From contig CANQNQ010000001.1 of assembly GCA_947625225.1 (NCBI GenBank), forward strand, positions 225,900 to 289,899: a stretch of 64,000 nt of DNA. The letters run 5' to 3'. The notes under the pieces were generated by a model. That model was not told the DNA's origin. It worked only from the letters and a program-made list of their open reading frames with translations, and searched no databases. The stretch is from an uncultured Clostridia bacterium. GTDB lineage: Bacteria > Bacillota > Clostridia > Christensenellales > CAG-917. Shown in pieces: positions 48,501 through 54,345 of this stretch (position 1 is its first letter; each line of letters starts with the position of its first letter). A program made the translations under genes and the position numbers.

Positions 48501-48758
48501 ACCAGGCGCTTCGAGGGCGACATCAGAGACGCAAAGACGGGCACCTACTACGTGCGCGTCACCGTCGAGGGCACAAAGAACTACACGGAGCTGAAGGACG
48601 TGTACGCGCTGCGTATTATCGACTCCTTCCTCAAGACGAACGCCAACATAGACATCGCCGTCTACGTGCTGATATTCGCCTCGCAGTTTGTTATGCTGAC
48701 TCTGGCGCTGATATTCTGCAAGCGCCGTAAGAACAAAAAACAGCAGGCGGCGGCCTGA
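33501..48758 (+). CDS. Giant (about 5085 aa) cell-surface protein: N-terminal signal/anchor, PMP-like beta-helix region, more than 20 tandem MBG/YG-type repeat modules, C-terminal TM anchor
   Basis: One uninterrupted ORF. N-terminus RIRRNLVSAAVLTLMAALILANIIG. G-rich beta-helix-type repeats around 34990-35400 (GGAFY, GGGVSV, GGAIGL, GGALNV, GGGGVYV). From about 38200 to 48350, modules of the type Y.I.PR.I.V......YGD (e.g. VTPRYIDITLAGAQCEYGDEE, ITARKILVTLGDMEGEYGDTP, IEPRPIEVELTGHRKVYDGEAI). C-terminus IAVYVLIFASQFVMLTLALIFCKRRKNKK, with no LPXTG. Alternative starts are TTG 33489 and GTG 33495. Confidence 0.85.
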   Translation: MSDRTNRNSQSPTRGAQARGKARIRRNLVSAAVLTLMAALILANIIGYSDPLGENFVNAADSASFNNIVNTNIGMHPQWSQSKCDSVAEGGVGDSYTVMHTVWHVDVEDNDPIMEQSPAYTYKGDEGVSDELIKKYNMKKGNEVVFNIEDMDTAAKVWADAVAFAQSLGPKTDLGDSTLAGADPEHDCKGGDWKSSETKKGEDYENHAGFRVGTNTGTTDANGVNNGTRNKYQGNFFISNEGAGLGQYITVRLQTDWIAKSITTNLPTGTQAVAGTDYVTVTGNSAANMTSTTFNYIATGKQAANDNYLGSGITNYNRTQKTSDYTLSYDIASNSFDYDGGDRPVFNDNCAFSYGRINVPTGVYIVLDLNGHTIDRALTGTNGDYFGSVFHISSKSRLEVCDTSAYENASSLRIQRYKKAGSGLTIAGHEGFWELIPADDMTTVPDLIVTNHQGMITGGKINTSQGANALPTALKPDMQYRGAGFNLSMWADLVIHSGTIYGNENLSESGGAFYQRSKAAVTVFDGYVLHNAAHKGGGVSVLGGGSGCPFTMYGGVLGYNKALSYNGTASNGGAIGLGICSYANFHGGEIIYNHADGTGGALNVSGNTLGILDSVTIMGNTANGGGGGVYVSKEVAAVDETMRVPNGQGRAFKFRGSLQIYGNKYQGVEQNVYLAYGTTSGFYPSGTGKGSSLSGYTGQPTIAIGGPLFKNGIVAHIGVTLGSVSTVTTTGSQRQDCTIFTSDYDEYNSGVNAFNYFFSDKATYNGMTSARVVNSEANASTAGNEGKIGNNTDAEQTLTWIIKGTGITKTKDDQDITITADTVGGGNYGGESGIVYTYSGLTCEFGMLKVTSVEARIGGASGTLVGQWKIDNTSLTNSFKANFKFKLGTEDIENTGKAGDPDGSENILRVGDKMFDVITATDKSISYAGEYSFLVLGDARYVNPNFKIRINQTGVEVDRQLYYNGKNVTELDWTQNIDWDGDGIKDDYARHIYETNQPYFIYSGGYYYPILSADYNHSAMLHLTNPFDGTTSVVPKTSFTGYVLDFTYANTAYFGTSTTETYPDGRTYKGKEVNFGSHTGGGIEYRTMHRAPGAAMGIGTYVPGVMHAGTYQVSFISSRNAASSGETNEDFDKTGVYFAANNFAFSSAVNIYVAPTGAEVRLTDAAQADFTFRGTTFSNEDVVLFDNTSNTGVNPHIDSTANMVYYNFGALKYEAGIYDIRTGLYYTMAQVRDWDNVRPLGRVAPADMATQEDADKRQQDAANAKGVPFISTLQDSDLDDAPVVTWDKTYSGTILDGATFNSAASTYDTLDPATNADLVAKFEELYQRPLHMESTGKLVYIIDAAKSFTQDPNDGNPINADRYVVLVMLDLDVGYDDYDYEFDQDEQHLVGLAGDSAYFWAFEFTVDPAEIDPYEGVRTGDKNTLVTITKEVNFNARNYAAATGPDKKALFENGVAVTNAQHVQANIPTVNYMAQSDFQLVAGVDYDVEFLDGYDYTNASVNYGEGATALNYSTARNLPVKLTFKGNFVNNRHEGAKSDAYARKPVAKSDGAADPIETTDGAFYVYFNIKPVKVTVTANVTRTYDNLAQDVGTYDNVTDGYTSLIKVDADAVAGQSGKYMLDSTTVTYDVADYALPAGATLEVWAYALKTKVDVSNYQLKTANYTLGGENPVNITAATGVVWQFGYSSTVDGETNVSNCEWLHGTYGTDNVFGEALGNYAGVAVSDFIPNFVIDEAGSSINETIFAKNIENEFGMVTEADGKTYAHMSASDGTTLTSGELGLEYAYAGESWEYRPAITLKYAPYYNQDTDKVFYNYSTLIVLQQRSDYSLNYVANVHAGTASVQVSGLGNYTGMLTLTFTITPAELTARFKDVSPVYNTQEQPVTIEYENVSTYGAKTSEGGPLYNSDPNAKFDEPVPSTAAIHVTYNDSEARPVNAGEYTVKVALDGANYNFKEDTAEGYVYLNPDTDDHTGATSAKEYTISPKDISDGPGGVSKPADLGGGTYTDAQLKLTGGYSATNVYTGAAVNLLMTLSYHPEALPDGRTLGRNTDYELSYQYKAPGKDSFTDIAADKAVDVGTYRVTITAKEPGNYTGSFVVDIEITPAQISVSLENYSGAAITYDGNPHQLNVIFKSDTTSSSIVPVAVDAARLVGAYNTIYQRINGNDETSVASDSEFTLQYAFSNKVLAGLNHGDWHNKFTNAGNYTVTVTLAENGNFVFAGGVYTSGALTYKIDPATIQVRDLGSAYYARQGIDPFVDSVSGADVNVFYNPTGVVVPALEHVGKTYTALGWTQPKLMAQTSLPNGLPYSADMYDVTLTLQNSFDGEESDWYADAVNFKFEVNTYVEQKANKIEWGEGTQTLDFSKLETVSNETRKQSGGDVSLDTPFLVKRLPINVAQTVSSNLYNDRNHLINKNDTATELLTGLMGQMTITSDQALDSSDLGYILTIVKANSDGANDGYTITINFGGVYHYDTSQGGATGRWTAASYSIDFNDNRPKSTFTGTPDASGVIDLLKKLRDEELEKNKLLTNAGTYSIKFSLSTANFSITDASDDVYNIQKDFTYDITPVQIRHTGFATVTFNNAQQPVTFNDNSFETIGGGEFDGTRLLKYLIIGDTGEYPQPDGDSAWKYNDLRLEYDVSSSGSKDEWLNGGNPFNAGTYTVKMTLLSGNFAFISANGISLDEAVAVADEYILVNTAYYVINPFDISLGGLQFLFPNAIYDSTAWEPMPLKKGDVWFDTQKDKNYENLKNYEPVWEKDPKVSGTGRYDYTLAYFNNTYAYVHNDGDYSGAPTVTVTGNGNLTGSYNYYFNIYPRKLNLTLSVQSSIYGDDIVVNSMRENAFSWDSKTTNTYNDDTTEHWTLSEMGETLLDRITAAKVNDIASSDVINLTLELHYHDPITGEWVRYGDKGTPVLNAGNYRLFVTQESVDKNPNYRLGFLNEDPSDGWYYAETPFETEGYANKDNPGCYTVIPRTLNINVNRDMFSYVYGTDITLSGRAYLLDDKNAADWATIISSNSVNGRTLVVEGDVLSFTLSVKEGGPKKGSPVGTYSDKIDFAGQTDRKDEFANENYTPIFNENVITITKRPLTVTVKPQSHEYNNKEPVIKEPNYQGDNWKSEMETYFTFEPVNKEGTTGLYTDEFDVVHYPKIDLDIFNRDSYTKWNATVYNFVGYPIEEYEDMLNYSINFLGTSVRGYEYGGAAEFTITPRPIKITPTPKNYYYYDGLNPDPAGERNDNWKNTDYTDAYNGSVEGETMGRLHEKADDPDSPLEDPHIQLMKAAGVDAGDYDILCQRVVGDWYNNYDVTIDPESTSKFTINPRVIYIRIKDDLTSVYGTYNYVARGSALKVGSALLNTYNEVWEYDNAPADHVKGFSAETNDLLSDVNYLAFYLGVLRNDKTDAAADGSPESLARWASVGKYPIVGGWAVNLDPDNRIKKNYDVHFTGSWDDEASDPAIMKNLEDSYTQGAGTYTITPADITWTGNDSRVGEFREEGVDELVLTSTDLRFAGDVTWDGHDGEVEITYEEPTFNGTEADPQKSVSQFADPDDHPNTGSHYVPITEGMWTIVVNVTAANHNPFTVTLVLTISPQVITLTLSGDAYEVFYGEEGWDVIRNADGSFSITDHINEVLYQLLFTAYDGHSPFVTNVTWKRDGVDVEWEDPDNLQFLKDNLKFRLIPTSGAMGSTSNRLNAGDYRVALVPTGIAADLTTESERLTVLRVKPINLRFKYTAAYAPDKDDVIWKWNGNGYDQSRKMYYDGKAHAISLIEYYGEYEKNGELHTVDLKKTDAGTDNVTASVSTYIKSGNTLYVPRVVDEYYSIVTGWSGSDRNNYKLDAEDEIHNSIEFKILPALVHIRIKNFEARYGDLRKADMSTALVGNWEYFDKAELMSESDEFTNEEIVLNWYAQDTDYVGDTYLSAGEYAITGMYTGTNYTVEFVGEDGNHWEGERPFGYDEPNQAGKLTVTQRTVVIALKNITATYGDYYLGNESTPKNTEWQVLLAGNHNDAFYRVALWDTVEDRADLNGTAVFQADNLYITLSIQATPADCAMPMMGFDASAYWYYLKATEEGASYTITGSYDNDNYDIKFMGQDYWDENSPHMDLEHTTAKLTVNKKEVEYVLYGGYFTYGQVNLDNEFVGAFMSQAPLPGDDLHVTSALYHADGTPVSNELDSADRNRMGYLHAGEYVVVGSFDNSNYTVSFFGNWMAEGYFEVGKAGRLEIGQKQVNVIVLPSESVYGEDIIWLYEVEDWETAAVPGDVLENGFAQLGISFKLENNSLKYPEVNVAGYYITYDREAAKDDNYIAFVKNDRQVLHKVTPRYIDITLAGAQCEYGDEEDIGDHWVATNAISTYLNSAIALNGTVGTDEAIPDNLGVNWYIENYVSTISPVNSYRVEVRISNRNYILYTPGDDYGQYYSSEPFRVVPRRIQIGFTGELTSQYGDPLTVGSIDSLVLTRPDGLAGDAVVNGDQLGFSFNIPFNSRSDVGVYTFDVLYNNDPNYQPVDWHALEYTITARKILVTLGDMEGEYGDTPAPATYTAVRRDGLAGDAVMEGDAMPFVIDITAFDPHAVGTTFKVSGNAYDGSELIDPNYDIQFVDGTGSYTLNKRRVFVEVTGGSSEYGDPIGEIGWTAHHRTAEGGIDDSKPGFVNDDEYDFEFVTGAHIGDNIGTYNVEQRYSNYNDTLYDVVVDPNLNDKYEIVRRVVIIEVTKPMTAVYGDMPDAIGAEDLILKRSNGSMENVWYGEEYATIVPDPSELLSQGRLHAGRYEVPLEISFGNPDWEKNYDIRTDEVAYIIEPRPIEVELTGHRKVYDGEAISVGSEQDVDWRITSGEVLEGDTLGVSLAVPSTADAGQYVIAGDWDNNDYALTFKGDIEDVAKYYVDRRAITVTVLDKEKYYDRGAISVGSVEGEDWTLTAGTMCAVPAGITLSVEAATDVDDYTIHGDYTNKNYDVTFILGTYHILQAKNRWVHEFSVFEMEEGETLYEEQIPTARFGNAVIEYFLDEACTRRFEGDIRDAKTGTYYVRVTVEGTKNYTELKDVYALRIIDSFLKTNANIDIAVYVLIFASQFVMLTLALIFCKRRKNKKQQAAA

Positions 48759-48890
48759 CCGCGCCTCGCCCACACTCCACCTGCCTATGCAGGCGGACGT
48801 AACCAAGTTACAACGGGCGGGGAAGCCTGTCCGCAAGCGCCCTGCAAAGGGTAAAAATAAAAAAAGGAACAAAAAAGGAAGGATAAAACA

Positions 48891-49958
48891 ATGGAATTTT
48901 TGAATGCGCTTACGTTTTTCGGTCATGAATTGGCGTGGGATCTGCCCACGGCGCTGTTTTGGCTGCTCATCGCACAGGTCGCGTTGATCGTCTTTATGCT
49001 GATCGTGTTCGGCGTGCTTATACATCGCGTCGGCTCCAACAAGACCATCATCATCGAGCGCGACGCGCTTGAGGACGAGAAGCCCGCAAGACCCGTCGCA
49101 AGGCCGGAGGCGATCGAGGACGAGTACTACGAGGCGGAGCTTGTCGAGGACGAGCCTGTTGCTGAACCTGTCGCAGAGGAAGAGCCCGCAGAAGCCGTCG
49201 AAGAGCTTGCCGAGATACCCGAAGAGGTCATTGAGGAAGAGGAAGTCGTCGAGGAGCCCGTTGAGGAAGAGCCCATCGTGCTTGTGCCTATTGAGGAGCC
49301 CGTCGAGGAGCCTGTGGAAGAGATCGTGGAAGAGCCCGAACCCGTCGTTGAAGAGCCCGCCGCCGCGGTCGTGCCCGAAACGCCGCCTACGCTGGTGTTT
49401 GCGGAGGATTCGTTTGAGGGCGGCACTCTGCGCTACGATCGCAGCTTCACCGCGCGTATCATTCAAGCGGACGACGACCAGAAGAGCTGGTATACAGACC
49501 TCAAAAACGAGCTGCTGTCCTACAAGAAGGTGCACAGCCGTATCAGCTGGAAGCGCGAGAGCTACAACCTCGGCCGCAACCAGATCGCGCGTATCGCGTT
49601 CCGCGGCTTGACGATGTGCCTGTACCTGCCCCTCGATCCCGAGGAGTTTGCGGACAGCAAGTACAAGGTGGAAAATGTGGGCGACAACGCGTCCTATGTG
49701 GACACCCCCTGCCTGTACCGCATCAAGAACGACAAGCGCGTCAGATACGCCAAGGAGCTTATTGCCATGGTGCTTGAAAAAGTGGACGGCGTAAAGACCG
49801 AGCGCGAGGCTGTGGACTACTATCTGCCTTACGAGGGCACGGTCGAGCTTATCAACAAGGGCTTGATCAAGCGCAACATCCGCACCAAGAGGGACGAGGC
49901 CATATTCGTTCAAGAGGGCGAAGAGGGTCAAGAGGGCGAAAATACGGACGAGCAATAA
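48891..49958 (+). CDS. Membrane protein with an acidic P/E/V-rich linker and a conserved-looking C-terminal domain; function unknown
   Basis: RBS AAGGAAGGA. TM segment LFWLLIAQVALIVFMLIVFGVLI. About 120 aa of EEPVEE-type low complexity. Globular C-terminus (RYDRSFTARIIQADDDQKSWYTDLKNELLSYKKV...). Same strand as the giant gene, 132 nt downstream. Confidence 0.7.
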   Translation: MEFLNALTFFGHELAWDLPTALFWLLIAQVALIVFMLIVFGVLIHRVGSNKTIIIERDALEDEKPARPVARPEAIEDEYYEAELVEDEPVAEPVAEEEPAEAVEELAEIPEEVIEEEEVVEEPVEEEPIVLVPIEEPVEEPVEEIVEEPEPVVEEPAAAVVPETPPTLVFAEDSFEGGTLRYDRSFTARIIQADDDQKSWYTDLKNELLSYKKVHSRISWKRESYNLGRNQIARIAFRGLTMCLYLPLDPEEFADSKYKVENVGDNASYVDTPCLYRIKNDKRVRYAKELIAMVLEKVDGVKTEREAVDYYLPYEGTVELINKGLIKRNIRTKRDEAIFVQEGEEGQEGENTDEQ

Positions 49959-50043
49959 GTCCGCGCCACAGCAAACTTATGGGTCGGACGGCTGTCAGCC
50001 GTCCTGCTCCCGTGCATTCAAAAACATAAAAACACTCGATATG

Positions 50044-50073
50044 AAAAGGGCGCCGCGTGTGGGCGTCCTTTTC
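50044..50073. terminator. Bidirectional terminator between convergent genes
   Basis: AAAAGGGCGCC-GCGTGTG-GGCGTCCTTTT. Confidence 0.55.
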
Positions 50074-50107
50074 CAAAAGGATAAAAAGGGGAAAAGAATG
50101 GAAACTG

Positions 50108-50869
50108 TCATGCGGATTCCAGCAGCAGCTTGTCCGCAATAAGCGCAATGAATTCGCCGTTGGTCGGCTTTTCGTTGGGCGAGTATATCTTGATGCCGAA
50201 CACATTGTTGATGTTTTCTATCTTGCCTCTGTTCCATGCCACCTCGATGGCATGGCGTATGGCGCGCTCCACCTTTGAGGGCGAGGTCTGATACCTCTCG
50301 GCAATGCCGGGGTAGAGGCGCTTGGTAATGGCGTTTATTATGTCGGGCGTCTCGATGGTCATCTTTATCGCTTCGCGCAAAAACTGATAGCCCTTTATGT
50401 GCGCGGGTATGCCCACGGATATAAACAGATTGGATATCTTCTCGTCCAGCGAACGGTTGTGCTTTGTCGCGGGCGATGGCGAGCTTGCCGCGACGGGTTT
50501 TGGCGGATTTGGCGAATCCAGATCCTTGAGCGTGCGCAGCAGCACGTCGTAGTCAAACGGCTTTGCCAAAAAGTAGCTTGCGCCGTAGCTCATTGCCTTT
50601 TGCACAAATCCGTCCGTCGCCAATTGCGACATCACCACCACGATGGGTTTTTTGCCCTTGAGGTCGCTCAGCACGCCAAAGCCGTCAAGCTCGGGCATAA
50701 CTATGTCCAGCAAAAGGAAGTCGGGGTCGTACTTATCCACCATTTCAAGCGCCTGCTTGCCGTTTGCGGCGACGCCTACGATCTTATAGCCATCTTTGGA
50801 ATCCAAAAATTCCTTGAGACTGTTGCAAAGTGCCAGGTTGTCATCGGCTATCAAAAGAGTTTTTTCCAT
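50108..50869 (-). CDS. spo0A: Sporulation master response regulator Spo0A
   Basis: Receiver domain (LLIADDNLALCNSL...DFLLLDIVMPELDG). Spo0A-specific C-terminal domain (GIPAHIKGYQFLREAI, SKVERAIRHAIEVAW). The ATG at 50869 has a GGAGG RBS. Confidence 0.92.
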   Translation of the reverse strand: MEKTLLIADDNLALCNSLKEFLDSKDGYKIVGVAANGKQALEMVDKYDPDFLLLDIVMPELDGFGVLSDLKGKKPIVVVMSQLATDGFVQKAMSYGASYFLAKPFDYDVLLRTLKDLDSPNPPKPVAASSPSPATKHNRSLDEKISNLFISVGIPAHIKGYQFLREAIKMTIETPDIINAITKRLYPGIAERYQTSPSKVERAIRHAIEVAWNRGKIENINNVFGIKIYSPNEKPTNGEFIALIADKLLLESA

Positions 50870-51230
50870 ATGTCCTCCGTCGAATGGAATAATATCATAA
50901 AATTTATAGCAGATGTAAGGCAGATTTGTTACAATCTGCCGCAATTTTGTCGCTTTTTTATCGTTATTGTCATATATTTGCCTTGTTAAACTTAAAAAAT
51001 TGCGCCTTATTTGCTTTTTGCAAGCAAATTTTAGGTATTCTTAGCGAAATTTTCAATCATAATTTTCACCAATTTTGCAAACCACAACATCTTGAAAAAT
51101 CCGACGAGAAGGCACACTACATTATGATTTGTCAAAAAATTTTGAAAAAATCGCAAAAATCAGTTTACAGAACGCCAACATATAAATATAATATATGCAA
51201 AATAAGCAAACATAACGGGAAGAGGTTGCT

Positions 51231-51698
51231 ATGGGAAAATTCAAAAAATGTCCGCGTTGCGATCTGAATTGGATCGCGATGGATGAGGAACTCTGCGAAG
51301 TCTGCAAGGCGGAGATGGGCAAGGCAAGCTCCATCAGTTTGCTCGAAGAGGACGATGAGGAGCTTGATATGGACGAGCGCATCTGCCCCATTTGCAAGAT
51401 AAACTATCTTGAGCCCGACGAGGACATCTGCCAATCCTGCCGCGCCGAACAGGCGGAAAAGAACGCCGAGAAGATGGAGGACGACGGCTGGCAGCAATTT
51501 GTCGACGACGACGAGGACGAGCCTATGAATCCCGACGACGAAGGCGAACTGTCCCTCTCCGAGGTAGAGCAGGAAGAGGAAGAAGAGGAAGAGGAAAACG
51601 ACGAACCCGACGATTTCGAGGAGTCCTATCTCGGCGCCGACGAGGGCTTTGACGAGGACGACGAGGAAGAGGAAGAAGAGGACGACGAGGATATCTGA
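51231..51698 (+). CDS. Small double CxxC zinc-ribbon protein with a hyper-acidic C-terminal tail (155 aa)
   Basis: CPRC..CEVC and CPIC..CQSC pairs. The last about 80 residues are almost entirely D/E (EQEEEEEEEENDEPDD...DEEEEEEDDEDI). Confidence 0.65.
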   Translation: MGKFKKCPRCDLNWIAMDEELCEVCKAEMGKASSISLLEEDDEELDMDERICPICKINYLEPDEDICQSCRAEQAEKNAEKMEDDGWQQFVDDDEDEPMNPDDEGELSLSEVEQEEEEEEEENDEPDDFEESYLGADEGFDEDDEEEEEEDDEDI

Positions 51699-51716
51699 GC
51701 TTTGTAAGCAGCAGCG

Positions 51717-51743
51717 GCAACGGCTTTTGCCGTTGCTTTTTTT
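51717..51743 (+). terminator. Rho-independent terminator
   Basis: GCAACGGC-TTTT-GCCGTTGC followed by T7. Confidence 0.7.
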
Positions 51744-51793
51744 ATGCGCGGATATCGGCGCGCATACATTTGAGACGCTTTTGTGCGCGGCGC

Positions 51794-51822
51794 TTGCTAT
51801 TTTTGCATATTGGTGTTAGAAT
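51794..51822 (+). promoter_or_regulatory. Candidate sigma-A promoter of proS
   Basis: TTGCTA (51794-51799), a 17-nt spacer, then TAGAAT (51817-51822). Confidence 0.5.
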
Positions 51823-51902
51823 ATTGGCGTTTGAGACGCTAAACGTTTTATATATTTATAAGGATATAAAATAAATCCATATAACGTCTCGCGGAGTTGG
51901 TT

Positions 51903-53339
51903 ATGGCCGATGAAAAACAGTTTGTCAAGGACGTCGCGGATATGAACGAGGATTTTCCGCGCTGGTACACGGACGTCATCCTCAAGACTCAGTTGGTGGA
52001 CTACGGCCCCGTCAAGGGCACCATGGTCATACGCCCCTACGGCTATGAGATATGGGAGCATATACAGGAGGAGCTGAACAAGCGTTTTAAGGCGACGGGT
52101 CACAAAAACGCCTATTTTCCTATGTTTATTCCTTACAGTTTCCTCGTCAAGGAGGCGGACCACGTGGAGGGCTTCGCGCCGGAGGTCGCGCTTGTCACGC
52201 ACATCGGCGACACGCCGCTTGAGGAAAAGCTGGTGGTGCGCCCCACCTCCGAGACCATAATCTGCTCCATGTACTCCAAGTGGGTGCAGAGCTGGCGCGA
52301 TCTGCCGCTCAAGATAAACCAATGGGCAAACGTCGTGCGCTGGGAAAAGACCACAAGGCCGTTTTTGCGCACAAGCGAGTTTTTGTGGCAGGAAGGGCAT
52401 ACGTTGCATATGACGGAGCAGGAAGCGCGCGAGGAAACGCTCACGATGCTTGAAGTCTACCGCGAGTTTATGCAGAACGTGCTTGCCATAGACGTGCTCA
52501 CGGGCGTCAAGTCCGAAAAGGAAAAGTTTGCGGGCGCGGTGGACACCTACGCCATGGAGGCGATGATGCTTGACGGCAAATCCCTGCAGGCGGGCACCTC
52601 GCACTATCTCGGGCAAAACTTCTCCTCCGCGTTTGAAATCAAATATCTCGACCGCGACGGTCAGCTCAAAAATCCCTATCAGACCAGCTGGGGCGTGTCC
52701 ACAAGGCTTATAGGCGCGCTCATAATGGCGCACGGCGATCAGCGCGGTCTCAAGCTGCCGCCACGAGTTGCGCCCATACAGGTCGTCATCGTGCCCATCG
52801 CCGCTCACAAGGAGGGCGTAAACGAGAAGGCGGCGCAAGTCGCCGCTACGCTGAGGGCGGCGGGCATCCGTGTGGAGCTGGACGACCGCGACCAGTCTGC
52901 GGGCTGGAAGTTCAACGAGTGGGAGATGAAGGGCGTCCCCGTCAGGCTGGAGCTTGGTCCCCGCGATATAGAAAACGGGCAGGCGGTGCTGGTGCGCCGC
53001 GACACGCACGAGAAGTCCTTTGTCAGACTGGACGGCATCGCGCAGGAAGTGGCGCGGCTGCTTGACGACGTGCACGAAAATATGTTCAGATGCTCCCACG
53101 ACTTCCTGCATTCGCATATAAGCGTGTGCAAGGATATGGGCGAGATGAAGGAGGCGCTGGACAACAAACGCTTCGTAAAGGCGATGTGGTGCGGTTGCCG
53201 CGAGTGCGAGGACAAGATCAAGGCGGAGCTGCAGGCGACTTCGCGCGTGATGCCCTTTGACCAGACCCCCGTGGGCGACAAGTGCGTCTGCTGCGGCAAG
53301 CCCGCCGACAAGGTGATCTACTTCGCCAAGAGCTATTGA
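51903..53339 (+). CDS. proS: Prolyl-tRNA synthetase, short archaeal/eukaryote-like type (no editing-domain insertion)
   Basis: FPRWYTDVILKTQLVDYGPVKGTMVIRPYG, NQWANVVRWE, SWGVSTRLIGALIMAHGD, the C-terminal Cys cluster and a terminal ..AKSY. 478 aa from the ATG at 51903. Confidence 0.92.
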   Translation: MADEKQFVKDVADMNEDFPRWYTDVILKTQLVDYGPVKGTMVIRPYGYEIWEHIQEELNKRFKATGHKNAYFPMFIPYSFLVKEADHVEGFAPEVALVTHIGDTPLEEKLVVRPTSETIICSMYSKWVQSWRDLPLKINQWANVVRWEKTTRPFLRTSEFLWQEGHTLHMTEQEAREETLTMLEVYREFMQNVLAIDVLTGVKSEKEKFAGAVDTYAMEAMMLDGKSLQAGTSHYLGQNFSSAFEIKYLDRDGQLKNPYQTSWGVSTRLIGALIMAHGDQRGLKLPPRVAPIQVVIVPIAAHKEGVNEKAAQVAATLRAAGIRVELDDRDQSAGWKFNEWEMKGVPVRLELGPRDIENGQAVLVRRDTHEKSFVRLDGIAQEVARLLDDVHENMFRCSHDFLHSHISVCKDMGEMKEALDNKRFVKAMWCGCRECEDKIKAELQATSRVMPFDQTPVGDKCVCCGKPADKVIYFAKSY

Positions 53340-53343
53340 TGTT

Positions 53344-53535
53344 ATGGTGGATGTGGACAGGATAAATTCCCTTGCGCGCAAACAGCGCGAGCAGGGCTTG
53401 ACGGAGGAGGAAAAGCAGGAGCAGGCAAAGCTGCGCCGCGAGTACGTGGACAGCGTGGTGGGCAACCTGCGCCGCAGTTTGGACAACACCTATGTCGTGG
53501 ACGACAAGGGCAACAAAACTCCGTTGAAAAAGTAA
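53344..53535 (+). CDS. UPF0291/DUF896-family small protein
   Basis: INSLARKQREQGLTEEEKQEQAKLRREYVDSVVGNLRRSLDN matches the remembered DUF896 pattern (LTEEEK.EQ..LRREY...R.NL). Confidence 0.75.
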   Translation: MVDVDRINSLARKQREQGLTEEEKQEQAKLRREYVDSVVGNLRRSLDNTYVVDDKGNKTPLKK

Positions 53536-53552
53536 CGAAACGCCGTTAAAAA

Positions 53553-53577
53553 GCGAGGAGAGATCCTCGCTTTTTTT
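53553..53577 (+). terminator. Rho-independent terminator
   Basis: GCGAGGA-GAGA-TCCTCGC followed by T7. Confidence 0.7.
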
Positions 53578-53668
53578 GTATACAAATTTTTATTTTCCGC
53601 CAAGGTTTATTTTGCAAAAACTGCAGTTTAATATATCAAAAGCATATATTAAACGTCGCGTTGTGCAA

Positions 53669-54118
53669 TCATAAATCGTCAACGTCCTGCACGGGGACGT
53701 CGGGCTCGTCCGCCCTGTTTATGGGCAATTCGCCGTCCGGCACAGACGGATAACCGTCCGCGTCTTTTGGCTTGAACGAGGTGCAGTAGCTGTCGTTCCA
53801 ACCCTCGGGCATGGGGCAGTCGGGCAGGATGGCGTCGTCGCTGTAGGTCAGGTCGGGTTTGCCGTCGGGCGTCTTTATCACGCCGCCTGTCTTGTCCGAG
53901 ACGTCCGCGTATTTTATGCTGCCGTTTGAGGATGGCGTCGCCTCGTCCTTGTAGGGAAGCTGAGTGTGCGGCGCGAGGTCGTCTATGTCGGACGGCGCGG
54001 GGTGGGAGGAGTCGGGCGTGCCTGTGTAGCTGCCGTTTGGGTCGAAGCGGCTTCTGAGGTTTTCGTTTGTCGAAAGATTGCTGTGCATAAGGGGCGGTTG
54101 GTATCTGCGTTTTTCCAT
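53669..54118 (-). CDS. Hypothetical P/D-rich protein (149 aa)
   Basis: Start at MEKRRYQPP with GGAGA 8 nt upstream. No TM segment or known motif. An overlapping alternative frame (53679-54164) is R-rich and less plausible. Confidence 0.45.
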   Translation of the reverse strand: MEKRRYQPPLMHSNLSTNENLRSRFDPNGSYTGTPDSSHPAPSDIDDLAPHTQLPYKDEATPSSNGSIKYADVSDKTGGVIKTPDGKPDLTYSDDAILPDCPMPEGWNDSYCTSFKPKDADGYPSVPDGELPINRADEPDVPVQDVDDL

Positions 54119-54345
54119 AAAAAATTCTCCTTTTTTCGGCGGCGGCAAGAAGGCTTGTCGCCACATATAGCGTGTGCAGAAGCCCGGCGCGCTATCCCTT
54201 GAAAAACAATAAAAATTTCTTGAAAAAGAAAGTTAAAATATAAAGAAAAATTTAGGCAAATCAAAGAGTAAATTCATAAGAAAATCATACAGTCGTGTGA
54301 TATTATGATAGTGTCAAATGTAAAAGGACGTCGAGGTATCAAAAC

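Noticed and set aside
50870-50960. Spo0A boxes (TGTCGAA) for autoregulation upstream of spo0A
   Set aside because: There are only 1-2-mismatch matches (CGTCGAA at 50878-50884, TGTCGCT near 50949). That is too weak to call by eye.
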